A DNA stretch of 64,000 nucleotides, taken from assembly GCA_934271735.1 (NCBI GenBank), contig CAKQSB010000005.1:86614-150613 (forward strand). Reading direction: 5' to 3'. Positions 46,399 through 56,837 of this stretch are shown here, piece after piece (within the stretch, counting starts at the first letter, position 1; each line of letters opens with the position of its first letter). The DNA comes from an uncultured Clostridia bacterium (lineage in GTDB: Bacteria; Bacillota; Clostridia; Christensenellales; Borkfalkiaceae). The notes under the pieces are model-generated. The model was not told the origin of the DNA and did not search any database. It saw only the letters and a list, made by a program, of their open reading frames with translations. The translations under genes and the position numbers were made by a program.

Positions 46399-48999
46399 AT
46401 GTTATCGGAAATGCAGGCGAAAGCCGTAAAAGAGTTTGACAGAAACATTTTAATGCTCGCAAGAGCCGGTACGGGCAAGACGTATACCGTGGCGCAGAAA
46501 ATCGTCGAGGCGGATAAACTCGGTATAGACGCCGATAAAATTCTGTGTCTCACGTTCACCGTGAAAGCCGCCGACGAGCTTAAGGACGATATTATGAAAT
46601 CCTGTGGCGATTTCCGCCCGGAGGTCTATACGATACACGGATTTTGTTATAAACTTATGCGGGAATACGGACGGAAAACGGGAAAATTTTCCGATAAGCA
46701 GATTGCCGACGAAATCGACGAAGGCGAGATTTTAAAGGCTGTTTTAAACGATTATATCGCTTCGGGAGACTATAAAACGGCGGACGGATTCGTTCCCACG
46801 CTCACGAAAAACCTCGTTAAAGCCGTTTCCATGATAAAACACCGCCGCGCGGAATCGGGTTATAACTATTTTTCGCCGAGCGGCTACGGCGCGGCGATAA
46901 ATTCGCTCGCGGCAAGCAGCAAAGAATTCAGAGACTGTTTCGTCGTCAAAAAAGGAGCGGCGAGATACACCGACGAAAATCTTATCGGTTTTTTGAAAGC
47001 CAAGGGTTCGGAATTTATGGAGAAATACCGCTTTGTTTTAAACTCCTCCGCCCTTTGCGATTTCGACGATTTAATCTTCTCCGCAAAGGAAATAGTTTCG
47101 GACATCAACTATCAAAAGCCCGCCTATAAGTTGATTATCGTGGATGAAATGCAGGATACGAGCTTTTATGAGTACGAGATTATGAAATACTTTTTCAAAA
47201 ACGCGAACGTGCTTATGTGCGGCGACGAATACCAGACGATTTACGGCTGGAGAGGGTCGAAACCGTTCGAGATAATCGATGACTTCAAAAGAAACTATAA
47301 CCCTCTCGTTATAAATCTCGACAAAAACAGGCGTTCCGCGCCCGTTCTCTCTTATGCCGCCGCATACTATCTCAAATCGGCTTTCGGCGCAAAAACCGAA
47401 CTCCCGCCCGCGGGCGAAATCCCGGACGAAGATAAAATCGATATCGTCGGTTGCAAGGACGCGAAAGACGAAGCGAAATTCGTTTTCGAAAAGGTCGGCG
47501 CGTTTAAAGGCGAAGCTTCGGAAATCTGCGTTATGGCGCGTTCCAACAGATATATTGCCGATCTTTACAGAGAGCTTACGGAAATCAACTCCTCTTTGCC
47601 CGCCGAGAACAGACTTGCTTTTTTCACGGCCGACACTCATTTCCAATTTTACAAAAAACCGATAATCAAAGACGCGCTCGCTTTTTTAAGGCTTATTTTA
47701 AACCCCGACGACGAAGCTTCGTTTTTAAGAATAGCTCCGAAATGCGTTAAAACCGTTACCTGCGAAATGATCGCGGCTTTGAACGATTATTCCTCGTTAG
47801 GGCTTTCCGCGGGACAATTTCTGTCCGACGAAGTATATCGTTTTTCCGATTACTACGAGCCGCTTTTATACGCTTACGACAAAGGCGAAATAATCGTTTA
47901 CGACCTCGAAACGACGGGGCTCGATCTCGATAACGACGAAGCCATTCAGATTTCCGCCGTGAAAACGGGCAAAAACGGGATAAAAGAAACGTTTAACGAG
48001 TTCATTCTCCCCGAAATCGAAATAAAAAGTTCCGCCGTTTCCGTCCACGGTTACGACAAGGAATACATAAAAGCTCACGGCGGCAGGAACGCAAAAGAGG
48101 TGCTGAAAGATTTCTGCGCCTTTACGAAAGGCTGCGTTCTTATCGGGCATAACAGCTCCTCTTTCGACGATATCATTCTGGAAAGAGAGCTGAAATCGTA
48201 CTCTTTGCCCCACTCCTTTCCTTACCGCTACGACACGCTTAAAATCGCCGCTCTTTTAAAGCCGCAGACGGGCGATTATAAACTCGAAACGCTCTGCAAG
48301 GCTTTCGATATAAAGAACGTCCGCGCTCACGACGCTTTTTCGGACGTATCGGCAACCGAACAGGTTCTTAAAGTTTTTATCGAAAAATACCTTTACCCCA
48401 CAAGACAGGCGAGAAAGACCGTCACCGAACGATATGCCGACGTTTTCAAAGGTTTTTACGACCTTATATATACAATGAAAGCCTTGCTTTTGAAAAACGA
48501 TGTTTTAACGCTTATCAAAGAGATCGGCGAAACGCTCGGGCTTAACCAGCCGAAATCCGCAGCCGCGGCTATGGCGGACAAGGAATCTTTAAACGATTTA
48601 TACCGCGCGCTCAAAGGTTATATAGGAAACAACGAACCGCTCAGTTTCTTAAAATCCTTTTTGCGGGACGTTTCCCTTTCGGGAAGTCAGATGGACGTTA
48701 TCGTAAAGAAATTCAACAAAGTTCCGCTCGTCACCGTTCACCAGTCCAAAGGGTGCGAGTTCAAAGAGGTGATTCTCGTCGGTATGGGCGAAAACGAATT
48801 CCCGTCCTATAAAGCCGTGGAAACGCATAACGAAGAAGAGGAAAAGAGGGTCTTCTACGTTGCCATAACGCGCGCGAAAGAAAAGCTCGTCATAACTTAT
48901 CCGAAATACAAAACGTTTTACGACGTGAGTTACCGCCGCGCTCCCTCGCCCTTTTTATCCCTCCTGCCCGACGACGCCGTGAACGAAATCAAACGGTAA
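46399..48999 (+). CDS. UvrD/PcrA-family SF1 helicase with an embedded DnaQ-like DEDDh 3'-5' exonuclease domain.
   Basis: 866 aa. Helicase motifs: AGTGKT (I), TFTVKAADEL (Ia), IVDEMQD (II), GDEYQTIYGWRGS (III), 2B-domain DALAFLRLILNPDDEASFLRI, VHQSKGCEF (V), YVAITRAKEKL (VI). Exonuclease motifs: VYDLETTGLD (Exo I), IGHNSSSFD (Exo II), AHDAFSDVSAT (Exo III, DEDDh), inserted between the 2B region and motif V. Confidence 0.85.
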   Translation: MLSEMQAKAVKEFDRNILMLARAGTGKTYTVAQKIVEADKLGIDADKILCLTFTVKAADELKDDIMKSCGDFRPEVYTIHGFCYKLMREYGRKTGKFSDKQIADEIDEGEILKAVLNDYIASGDYKTADGFVPTLTKNLVKAVSMIKHRRAESGYNYFSPSGYGAAINSLAASSKEFRDCFVVKKGAARYTDENLIGFLKAKGSEFMEKYRFVLNSSALCDFDDLIFSAKEIVSDINYQKPAYKLIIVDEMQDTSFYEYEIMKYFFKNANVLMCGDEYQTIYGWRGSKPFEIIDDFKRNYNPLVINLDKNRRSAPVLSYAAAYYLKSAFGAKTELPPAGEIPDEDKIDIVGCKDAKDEAKFVFEKVGAFKGEASEICVMARSNRYIADLYRELTEINSSLPAENRLAFFTADTHFQFYKKPIIKDALAFLRLILNPDDEASFLRIAPKCVKTVTCEMIAALNDYSSLGLSAGQFLSDEVYRFSDYYEPLLYAYDKGEIIVYDLETTGLDLDNDEAIQISAVKTGKNGIKETFNEFILPEIEIKSSAVSVHGYDKEYIKAHGGRNAKEVLKDFCAFTKGCVLIGHNSSSFDDIILERELKSYSLPHSFPYRYDTLKIAALLKPQTGDYKLETLCKAFDIKNVRAHDAFSDVSATEQVLKVFIEKYLYPTRQARKTVTERYADVFKGFYDLIYTMKALLLKNDVLTLIKEIGETLGLNQPKSAAAAMADKESLNDLYRALKGYIGNNEPLSFLKSFLRDVSLSGSQMDVIVKKFNKVPLVTVHQSKGCEFKEVILVGMGENEFPSYKAVETHNEEEEKRVFYVAITRAKEKLVITYPKYKTFYDVSYRRAPSPFLSLLPDDAVNEIKR
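47122..47140 (+). repeat. Variant motif copy (TTG instead of TCG) inside the helicase coding sequence, in-frame Y-K-L-I-I.
   Basis: gcctataagttgattatcg. Confidence 0.4.
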
Positions 49000-49096
49000 A
49001 AAGTCAGCTTCCCGCCCGAGGCGGCGCTCGAAACCGAACGGTAAAAAAGCGATTTTACCCTTCGAAAAAAAAATGTAATTTTTTTGTTTTATACGC

Positions 49097-49125
49097 TTGA
49101 CATTTGGCGCGAACCGTAGTAATAT
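49097..49125 (+). promoter_or_regulatory. Candidate pyrG promoter TTGACA-17-TAATAT.
   Basis: ttgacatttggcgcgaaccgtagtaatat. Confidence 0.5.
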
Positions 49126-49152
49126 AAAATGCGTTTTTTGAATATAGCTTTT

Positions 49153-49213
49153 CGGGGCGTTTTTTTAGGAACTTAATCGGAGTTTCTAAAAAAAAACGCC
49201 CTTTTTCATTTTT
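49153..49213 (+). promoter_or_regulatory. Leader terminator/attenuator hairpin upstream of pyrG.
   Basis: ggggcgttttttt ... aaaaaaaaacgccc followed by tttttcattttt, about 100 nt before the pyrG ATG. Confidence 0.45.
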
Positions 49214-49319
49214 AAAGACCTCGAAAGGTATATTTACACCCGTTTTTCAGGCAAAACGGAAGAAAAAAATCCTAAAATCGCAAAGGGCAAATTCAAGGGC
49301 GGTAAGGATATGAGGCATT

Positions 49320-50927
49320 ATGACTAAATACATATTCGTTACGGGCGGAGTCGTTTCGGGACTCGGAAAAGGAATAGTCGCCGCGTCGCTCGGCAGACTT
49401 TTGAAACTGAGAGGGTATAAAGTCGCGGCGCAGAAGCTCGACCCCTATATGAACGTAGACCCCGGCACAATGAACCCCATTCAGCACGGAGAAGTTTACG
49501 TTACCGAAGACGGAGCGGAAACCGACCTCGACCTCGGACACTACGAAAGATTTATCGACGAGGATCTTAACAAGTACTCCAACTTAACTTCGGGAAGAGT
49601 ATTTTCAAAAGTTCTCGAAAAGGAAAGAAAGGGCGAATATCTCGGGCAAACCGTCCAGATAATTCCCCACGTCACCAACGAAACCAAACATTTCATAAAG
49701 AAAAACGCAGAAGTCACCAAAGCGGACGTGGTCATTACGGAAGTCGGCGGAACGATAGGCGATATCGAAAGCGCGCATTTCCTCGAAGCGATAAGACAGT
49801 ACGCTTCGGACGTCGGCAGAGCAAACTGTCTGTTCATTCACGTTTGTCTTGTTCCTTACGTTTCGGGTTCGGACGAATACAAGACCAAACCCACACAGCA
49901 CAGCGTTAAGGAACTTCAGTCGCTCGGAATCCACCCCGACGTTATCGTCACCCGTTCCGATTCCGATATCGGCGACGATTTAAGAAAGAAAATCGCGTTG
50001 TTCTGCAACGTAAAGCCCGACTGCGTAATTTCCGACGTAACGCTCGACTGCTTATACAAAACGCCCGTTATGCTCCACAAAAACGGACTTGACAAAGTGG
50101 TTTGCAGAGAACTTAAACTTAAAGGCAAACTCGATTTAACGCCCTGGAAAGAACTTATCAGACGTATCGGAAACAGAAGGAAACACGTCACCGTCGCGCT
50201 CGTCGGCAAGTACGTAAAACTTCACGACTCCTACCTTTCGGTCGTCGAAGCTCTTTACTCTGCGGGCTATGAAAACGGCTGCTACGTCGACATCGAATGG
50301 GTCGACAGCGAGGAGGTTTTCCCCGACACGGCGGACGAGATTTTCAAAGGCGTGGACGGAATTATCGTTCCCGGCGGTTTCGGCTCGAGAGGTATCGAAG
50401 GCATGATAGAGACCTGTCGCTACGCGAGAGAACACAATCTCCCATACTTCGGAATTTGTCTCGGAATGCAGGTTATGGTTATGGAATTCGCGAGAAACGT
50501 TTGCGGACTTGAAAAAGCCACTTCGGGCGAGTTCGACGAAAACGCTAAATATAAGGTTATCGACCTTATGCCGGACCAGCAGGGAAATATCCCCAAGGGC
50601 GGCACGATGAGATTGGGCGCATACCCCTGCGAAATAAAAGACGGAACGAAGCTCGCCGAATGTTACCAAGCGAAAGCAATTTCCGAACGCCACCGCCACA
50701 GATACGAATTCAACAACGAATACCGTCAGACGCTCGAAAAAGGCGGACTTGTTTTATCGGGCACTTCGCCCGACGGAAGAATAGTCGAGACGGTAGAAAT
50801 AAACGGAGACAAATTTTTCTTAGGCGCGCAGTTCCACCCCGAATTCAAATCGAGACCGAACAGAGCGCATCCCCTTTTCAAAGGATTTATAGCAAGCTGC
50901 GTTAAAACGCACGACGAAAACAAATAA
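49320..50927 (+). CDS. pyrG: CTP synthase.
   Basis: 535 aa. [11 protein letters not shown] synthetase domain and C-terminal GATase (GICLGMQ, HRHRYE). Confidence 0.95.
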   Translation: MTKYIFVTGGVVSGLGKGIVAASLGRLLKLRGYKVAAQKLDPYMNVDPGTMNPIQHGEVYVTEDGAETDLDLGHYERFIDEDLNKYSNLTSGRVFSKVLEKERKGEYLGQTVQIIPHVTNETKHFIKKNAEVTKADVVITEVGGTIGDIESAHFLEAIRQYASDVGRANCLFIHVCLVPYVSGSDEYKTKPTQHSVKELQSLGIHPDVIVTRSDSDIGDDLRKKIALFCNVKPDCVISDVTLDCLYKTPVMLHKNGLDKVVCRELKLKGKLDLTPWKELIRRIGNRRKHVTVALVGKYVKLHDSYLSVVEALYSAGYENGCYVDIEWVDSEEVFPDTADEIFKGVDGIIVPGGFGSRGIEGMIETCRYAREHNLPYFGICLGMQVMVMEFARNVCGLEKATSGEFDENAKYKVIDLMPDQQGNIPKGGTMRLGAYPCEIKDGTKLAECYQAKAISERHRHRYEFNNEYRQTLEKGGLVLSGTSPDGRIVETVEINGDKFFLGAQFHPEFKSRPNRAHPLFKGFIASCVKTHDENK

Positions 50928-50941
50928 TACGGAGGACAAAA

Positions 50942-53044
50942 ATGAAAGACACTAAGGTTGAAAAGCTTTTCGCGGAAAACGTCTTTACGGACGTTGAAAT
51001 GGAAAAGAGAATTTCCAAAGAAGCATACGACAGTTACAGAAAAACGGTCGACGAAAACGTGCCGCTCGCCAAAAAAGCCGCGGACGAAATCGCCAAAGCG
51101 ATGATGGCATGGGCAATGGAAAAAGGCGCAACGCATTACACTCACTGGTTTCAACCTATGACGGGCGTTACCGCCGAAAAACACGAAGCTTTCATCGAGC
51201 CCGACGGAAAAGGCGGCGTCGTTACCAAATTTTCAGGCAAAACGCTCGTTAAGGGCGAACCCGACGCGTCGAGTTTCCCCAGCGGCGGACTCCGCTCCAC
51301 TTTCGAAGCGAGAGGTTACACGGCTTGGGATCCTTCGTCCAAAGCGTTCGTAAGAGACGGTTCTTTGTATATCCCCACAATTTTCTGCTCCTACGGCGGC
51401 GAATCGCTCGATAAAAAAACTCCGCTTTTGAAAAGTATCGAAGCTTTGAACAAACAAGTTCTCAGAATCATGCGCCTTTTCGGCGATAAAGAAACCAAAA
51501 AGATTATTTCCACCGTCGGTGCGGAACAGGAATATTTCCTTGTCGACAAGGGAGTTTACGAAGAAAGGCTCGACCTCGCGACTTGCGGAAGAACGCTTTT
51601 CGGAGCTCACCCCCCGAAAGGTCAGGAACTTGAAGACCATTATTTCGGAAAAATCAAACAGCGCGTATGGGATTATATGAGCGATCTCGACGAAGAGCTC
51701 TGGAAACTCGGAGTTTACGCGAAAACAAAGCATAACGAAGTCGCGCCCGCTCAGCACGAACTCGCCTGCGTTTACACTCCGTCCAACGACGCGGTAGACC
51801 ACAACCAGATAGTTATGTCGGTTATGAAATCGGTTGCGAACCGCCACGGAATGGTTTGTCTGCTCCACGAAAAGCCGTTCGACGGCATCAACGGAAGCGG
51901 CAAACACAACAACTGGTCTATGGCGACCGATCGCGGCGAAAATCTACTCGATCCGACCGACCACCCCGAAAACAACCCGAGATTTCTCCTTATCCTCGTC
52001 GCGGTTATAACGGCTGTGGATAAATATCAGGATCTGCTCCGTATTTCGGTAGCTTCCGCCGGCAACGACCACAGACTCGGAGCGAACGAAGCGCCCCCGG
52101 CAATCGTTTCTATGTTTATCGGCGAGGAGCTTGAAAACATTCTCTCTTCTATCGAACGCGGCGCAAAATACAGCGAGATAAAAGCCGAAGTTTTGAAAAT
52201 CACGAGCGGACTTATCCCCAAATTCGATAAGGACAAGACAGACAGAAACAGAACCTCGCCGTTCGCGTTTACGGGCAATAAATTCGAATTCCGTATGGTC
52301 GGCTCGGACATGTCGGTTTCGGCGGCGAACGTCGTTATAAACACCATCGTTTCCGACGTTTTAAGCGATTTTGCGGACGAGCTTTCTTCCGCGAAAGATT
52401 TCGACGCGGCGGTCATCGATATTATCAGAAAGAGCTATTCCGAACATAAACGTATCGTTTTCAACGGAAACAACTACTCCGACGAATGGGTTAAAGAAGC
52501 CGAAAAACGCGGACTTTTAAATCTTAAGACGACCGTCGACGCGCTTCCTTATTATCTCAAGAAAAAGAACATCGATTTGTTCGTCCGCCACGGTGTTTTA
52601 ACCGAGACCGAAGTTAAATCGAGATACGAAATACAGCTCGACTCTTACGTTAAGATTATCGAAGTGGAAGCGAAAACAATGCTGAATATGGCAAGAAGAG
52701 AAATCCTTCCCGCCGCGATAGGTTATTCGGACGAACTCGCAAACGGACTTGCGGCTAAGGCTTCTATAGGCTTGGACATCGAAAAAACCGCCGATAAACG
52801 GCTTATAGACAGGCTTATGAAGCTTAATGATAAACTTTTGAAAGCGATAGAGAAGCTCGAAAAAGACATTAAGGCCGCCGCCACAAAGAAGGAAAGCTTA
52901 GAGATTGCCGAATATCACAGAGACGTGATTATCCCCGATATGGATAAGTTGAGAGCGATTTCGGACGAACTCGAAACGATTGTAGACAAAGCGTACTGGA
53001 ATTTCCCGACGTACACGGAAATCCTCTCAAGCGTTATGTATTAA
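50942..53044 (+). CDS. glnN: Glutamine synthetase type III.
   Basis: 700 aa, GSIII length. GS catalytic-domain signatures. 14 bp after pyrG. Confidence 0.85.
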   Translation: MKDTKVEKLFAENVFTDVEMEKRISKEAYDSYRKTVDENVPLAKKAADEIAKAMMAWAMEKGATHYTHWFQPMTGVTAEKHEAFIEPDGKGGVVTKFSGKTLVKGEPDASSFPSGGLRSTFEARGYTAWDPSSKAFVRDGSLYIPTIFCSYGGESLDKKTPLLKSIEALNKQVLRIMRLFGDKETKKIISTVGAEQEYFLVDKGVYEERLDLATCGRTLFGAHPPKGQELEDHYFGKIKQRVWDYMSDLDEELWKLGVYAKTKHNEVAPAQHELACVYTPSNDAVDHNQIVMSVMKSVANRHGMVCLLHEKPFDGINGSGKHNNWSMATDRGENLLDPTDHPENNPRFLLILVAVITAVDKYQDLLRISVASAGNDHRLGANEAPPAIVSMFIGEELENILSSIERGAKYSEIKAEVLKITSGLIPKFDKDKTDRNRTSPFAFTGNKFEFRMVGSDMSVSAANVVINTIVSDVLSDFADELSSAKDFDAAVIDIIRKSYSEHKRIVFNGNNYSDEWVKEAEKRGLLNLKTTVDALPYYLKKKNIDLFVRHGVLTETEVKSRYEIQLDSYVKIIEVEAKTMLNMARREILPAAIGYSDELANGLAAKASIGLDIEKTADKRLIDRLMKLNDKLLKAIEKLEKDIKAAATKKESLEIAEYHRDVIIPDMDKLRAISDELETIVDKAYWNFPTYTEILSSVMY

Positions 53045-53064
53045 AATTTAAAAACAACCAAAAC

Positions 53065-53106
53065 AAAACCCCCTGTCGGAAAAATCCGACAGGGGGTTTT
53101 AAAAAA
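53065..53106. terminator. Bidirectional terminator between glnN and the convergent tetR-like gene.
   Basis: aaaaccccctgtcgga aaaa tccgacagggggtttt. Confidence 0.7.
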
Positions 53107-53132
53107 TTTTAAAAGAAATATTTCACGTATTA

Positions 53133-53714
53133 TTAAGCTTTTTTGTATTTATCCATAAACAAACGAACGCCCGTTTCCAGAACTTCCATCTGCGTTCTGA
53201 GATAATACTCGTCTTCGAACATCGCATAATGAACGCACGCGCGGACAAAAACGAAAATAAGCGGGGTTATCGTCGTGTAAGGAACACCTATTTTCGGTTC
53301 GAGCTGCTTCGCATATTCGGTGTAACGCTTGTTTACGCCCTCGAAAAACTTCTTTCCTTCCTCGATATACTTCGGGTGGGTATAAACCTGATACATAAGC
53401 CGATACTTTTTACCGTGTTTTTCCTTTGTCCAGTAAGGAACTTCTTTCAGGAATCTTTCGACGTCCTTCGGATCTGTCGGTGCTTTTGCCATAAAATCGT
53501 CTTCGACTTTTTCCATACAATACGCAACCGACTGAATCAAAAGTTCGTCGACGTCATTGAAATAATTATAAAAAGCCGCTTTGGAAATACCGCAAGCTTT
53601 TGCAAGAGCGGCGATACCCGTTCCGTGCAAACCGTTATCGGCATAACAATTAAAGCAGGCTTCCATAATCTGCTCTTTTTTCTCTCTGTAAACTTCCTCG
53701 TTTCGTACTCTCAT
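53133..53714 (-). CDS. TetR/AcrR-family transcriptional regulator.
   Basis: 193 aa. N-terminal TetR HTH (GLHGTGIAALAKACGISKAAFYNYF). Confidence 0.85.
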   Translation of the reverse strand: MRVRNEEVYREKKEQIMEACFNCYADNGLHGTGIAALAKACGISKAAFYNYFNDVDELLIQSVAYCMEKVEDDFMAKAPTDPKDVERFLKEVPYWTKEKHGKKYRLMYQVYTHPKYIEEGKKFFEGVNKRYTEYAKQLEPKIGVPYTTITPLIFVFVRACVHYAMFEDEYYLRTQMEVLETGVRLFMDKYKKA

Positions 53715-53939
53715 ATTGCTACTCCTATTTTCGGCTCTATACGATTATACGTCTTTTTTGAATAAAAATCAAATAAAAAACGACATACTTCGACTTTATT
53801 TGCAAAGTTTTATAATATTCTGCTTTTTTAAAGCCTTAAATTAACTGTTTTTACAAATCCCCGAATACAAAACTTGATTTCAACCCAAATAATTAACCCG
53901 AAAAACATTTTCGGGTTAAATACGGTTTTTAAATTTATG

Positions 53940-55451
53940 TCAATCTTTTCTGTTGATAACGGAAATATCGAGTTCCATTCCGAGCTTGCCGTCGTTACCT
54001 TTTTCCACGGTAACCTTTCCGCTCGCTTCGTCCTTTATAACCTTTCTGTATTTTCCGCCGGTTATAAGTCCGCAGATATCGAAACTGTATTTTTCCCTTT
54101 CCGTAAGATACGGCATAAGCTCGTCCACGTTCTCTTTCGCAACGTAACCGACGTGATGCAAAGCCTTCATATCCCAGTCGTATATGTAAACTTTGATTTT
54201 ATCGCCGTCGACGACAAGTCCCGTACGCTTGAATTCCTGTTCCGCGTACTCGTAAACTATATCGTTTTCATACTCTTCTTTAATCTCGCTCATTTTAAGT
54301 CCGTCGTACTTATCGATATATCCGAGCTTGACGCCTTGTTTGATCTCTTCGTCGAGTATGTTCTTGACTTTTATACCCTCTTCGTTGTCCTTATCCGTTC
54401 CGATTACGTTCGCCGTGCAGTTGAACAGAATTTCGTTCGGTCTGTAAATAAGCTTTCTGCCGCGCTTAACGCAGATATTCGCGAGGATTTCCTCAAGATT
54501 TGCGGGAGCGGTAAGCTTGAACGCTTCTTTTTCGGGTTTCGCCTGCGGTTCGGATTGTTCCGCCGCTTCGGTTTCGTCCTTTTCTTCAGTCTCTTTCTCT
54601 TCGCTTTCCGCTTCTTCCGCGACTTCTTCGATTACGTCGGGAGTTTCTATCGCCGCTTCCACGATTTCTTCCGCTTCGGTCTCCTCTTCGGATTCTGTCG
54701 TTTCTTCCGCAACTTCTTCGGTCGCATCCGCTTCTTCGATAGCGTTTTCAACCGTTTCCACGGCTTCCTCCTCTTCCGTTTCGGGTTCTTCTTTAACTTC
54801 TTCCGCGGGAGCTTCTTCCTCGACTTCTTCGATTACGTCGGGGGTTTCTATCGCCGCTTCCACGGCTTCTTCCGCTTCGGTCTCCTCTTCGGATTCTGTC
54901 GTTTCTTCCGCAACTTCTTCGGTCGCGTCCGCTTCTTCGATAGCGTTTTCAACCGTTTCCACGGCTTCTTCCTCTTCCGTTTCGGGTTCTTCTTTAACTT
55001 CGTCTTCTGGAATCTCTTCAACCGATTCGGGAGATTCCTCGCCGTTTTCCGCCGCTAAATTTTCAACTTCCTCGGCAGTTCCGTCAAGACTTCCTTCCTC
55101 TTCGAGTATTTCGTCGGACTCCTCTTCGGTCGCATCCAAAGGAGTTTCGTCCAAACCTGTTTCCTCTGCCTGTTCGGTTTCCTCGCAAACAACCTCTTCC
55201 GTCTCTTTCGAAACTCCTTCCTCTTCGGGAGCAACCTCTTCTGCGGGAACTTCCGCTTCCGCGACTACTTCCTCATCAGCCGTAATCTCGTTTTCGGGTT
55301 CGATTACAGGTTCGACTACGTTTTCGGAATTATCGTTTTCGACGATTGCTTCGAGAACTTCCGTTCCCTCCGCAACCTCTTGCTCTTTACGTTCGTCGGT
55401 TACGACGCGATTTATTCTGATCGCCGACGGTCTCTTTTTCATTCTACGCAT
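53940..55451 (-). CDS. Highly acidic Glu/Thr/Ala-rich protein with a basic N-terminus, an internal ~70 aa tandem duplication and a C-terminal ~170 aa globular domain of unknown function.
   Basis: 503 aa. The opposite-strand ORFs 53874..55058 and 54517..55467 are low-complexity shadows. Confidence 0.6.
   Translation of the reverse strand: MRRMKKRPSAIRINRVVTDERKEQEVAEGTEVLEAIVENDNSENVVEPVIEPENEITADEEVVAEAEVPAEEVAPEEEGVSKETEEVVCEETEQAEETGLDETPLDATEEESDEILEEEGSLDGTAEEVENLAAENGEESPESVEEIPEDEVKEEPETEEEEAVETVENAIEEADATEEVAEETTESEEETEAEEAVEAAIETPDVIEEVEEEAPAEEVKEEPETEEEEAVETVENAIEEADATEEVAEETTESEEETEAEEIVEAAIETPDVIEEVAEEAESEEKETEEKDETEAAEQSEPQAKPEKEAFKLTAPANLEEILANICVKRGRKLIYRPNEILFNCTANVIGTDKDNEEGIKVKNILDEEIKQGVKLGYIDKYDGLKMSEIKEEYENDIVYEYAEQEFKRTGLVVDGDKIKVYIYDWDMKALHHVGYVAKENVDELMPYLTEREKYSFDICGLITGGKYRKVIKDEASGKVTVEKGNDGKLGMELDISVINRKD
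54590..55025. repeat. Near-perfect ~210 bp tandem duplication inside the acidic-protein gene.
   Basis: gacttcttcgattacgtcggg... recurs at about 54621 and 54832, with long identical runs (…ctcctcttcggattctgtcgtttcttccgcaacttcttcggtcgc…). Confidence 0.7.
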
Positions 55452-55664
55452 ACATTTTCTCCGCTGACCGAATTTTTTCGTTTCGGCTCAATAAGCCGAA
55501 CAGGGGTTGAAACCCGTTTTTCGTTATCGGCTGTATTCACAGTATAAAGAATAGAAACGAGGTTGTCAACCGATTTTTAACCAAAATAAAAGGATTTCAC
55601 ATTGTTTTTTTTGCCTGATTTTTCCGATAAAATTAGGGAAAAAGGCATTAAACGACGGAAACCC

Positions 55665-55688
55665 TCGTATAAGTCGATTAACGGGCGT
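55665..55688 (+). repeat. Dispersed motif copy, intergenic just downstream of the trpS stop.
   Basis: ctcgtataagtcgattaacgggcg. Confidence 0.7.
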
Positions 55689-55706
55689 AAGCAAATAACG
55701 CGCGCT

Positions 55707-56792
55707 TTACACCGAATACTTTTCTTTCTGAACCCTTATAAGTTCTTCGTCCGAAAAATAATTTATCTTCATCGCGGACTTGACTTCCGTCAAAGTCGCG
55801 GCGGCTGCTTTTTCGGCTTTCTCGCTGCCGCGTTTCAAAATTTCGTACACGGCGGGAATATCTTTTTCGCACTCTTTTCTTCTTGCTCTTATCGGCTCTA
55901 AGATAGACTGAACGACTTCGTTAAGGAATTTTTTCACTTTCATATCGCCCAAGCCTCCTCTCGTGTAATGAGCTTTAAGCTCGTCGAGATTAGCGTAATC
56001 GGGAAGGAAAGCTTTGAAATGCTCGTCGGTCGCGAAAGCGTCGAGATAAGTGAACACGGCGTTGCCCTCGAGTTTGCCGGGGTCGGAAACCTTGATATGA
56101 TCGGGGTCGGTGTACATACTCATTATTTTTTTCTTTACGTCGTCCGCGGTATCGGCAAGGTAAATGCAGTTGCCGAGCGATTTGCTCATTTTCGCTTTTC
56201 CGTCCGTTCCGGGAAGTCTTAAACAAGCCTTTCTCTCAGGCAGCATCGCTTCGGGTTCGACCAGAGTTTCGCCGTAAACGGAATTGAATTTTCTTACGAT
56301 TTCTTTTGTCTGCTCGATCATCGGGAGCTGATCCTCGCCTACGGGAACGATATTCGCTTTGAACGCGGTTATATCCGCCGCCTGGCTTATAGGATAAGTG
56401 AAAAATCCCACGGGTATGCTCGTTTCGAAATTACGCATCTGAATTTCGCTTTTAACCGTCGGGTTTCTCTGCAAACGCGAAACGGTAACGAGATTCATAT
56501 AATAAAACGAAAGCTCGGTAAGCTCGGGAACCTGCGACTGGATAAAGAAATTTACCTTGTCGGGAGAAAGTCCGCAGGAGAGATAATCAAGCGCGACTTC
56601 TATTATGTTCTGTCTTACCTTTTCGGGATTTTCGGCGTTATCTGTGAGAGCCTGAGCGTCGGCTATCATAATGTACATTTCGTCGTAGCCGCCCTCGTTC
56701 TGAATTTTCACTCTCTCCGCGAGAGAACCTACGTAATGTCCGACGTGAAGTCTCCCCGTCGGGCGGTCGCCCGTTAAAATTATCTTTTTCAT
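55707..56792 (-). CDS. trpS: Tryptophan--tRNA ligase.
   Basis: 361 aa. [16 protein letters not shown] (HIGH-type) and KMSKSLGN. Confidence 0.9.
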   Translation of the reverse strand: MKKIILTGDRPTGRLHVGHYVGSLAERVKIQNEGGYDEMYIMIADAQALTDNAENPEKVRQNIIEVALDYLSCGLSPDKVNFFIQSQVPELTELSFYYMNLVTVSRLQRNPTVKSEIQMRNFETSIPVGFFTYPISQAADITAFKANIVPVGEDQLPMIEQTKEIVRKFNSVYGETLVEPEAMLPERKACLRLPGTDGKAKMSKSLGNCIYLADTADDVKKKIMSMYTDPDHIKVSDPGKLEGNAVFTYLDAFATDEHFKAFLPDYANLDELKAHYTRGGLGDMKVKKFLNEVVQSILEPIRARRKECEKDIPAVYEILKRGSEKAEKAAAATLTEVKSAMKINYFSDEELIRVQKEKYSV

Positions 56793-56837
56793 ATTAAACC
56801 TCGTAAAATCATTTGTATATAACGCCGTAACTTACGT

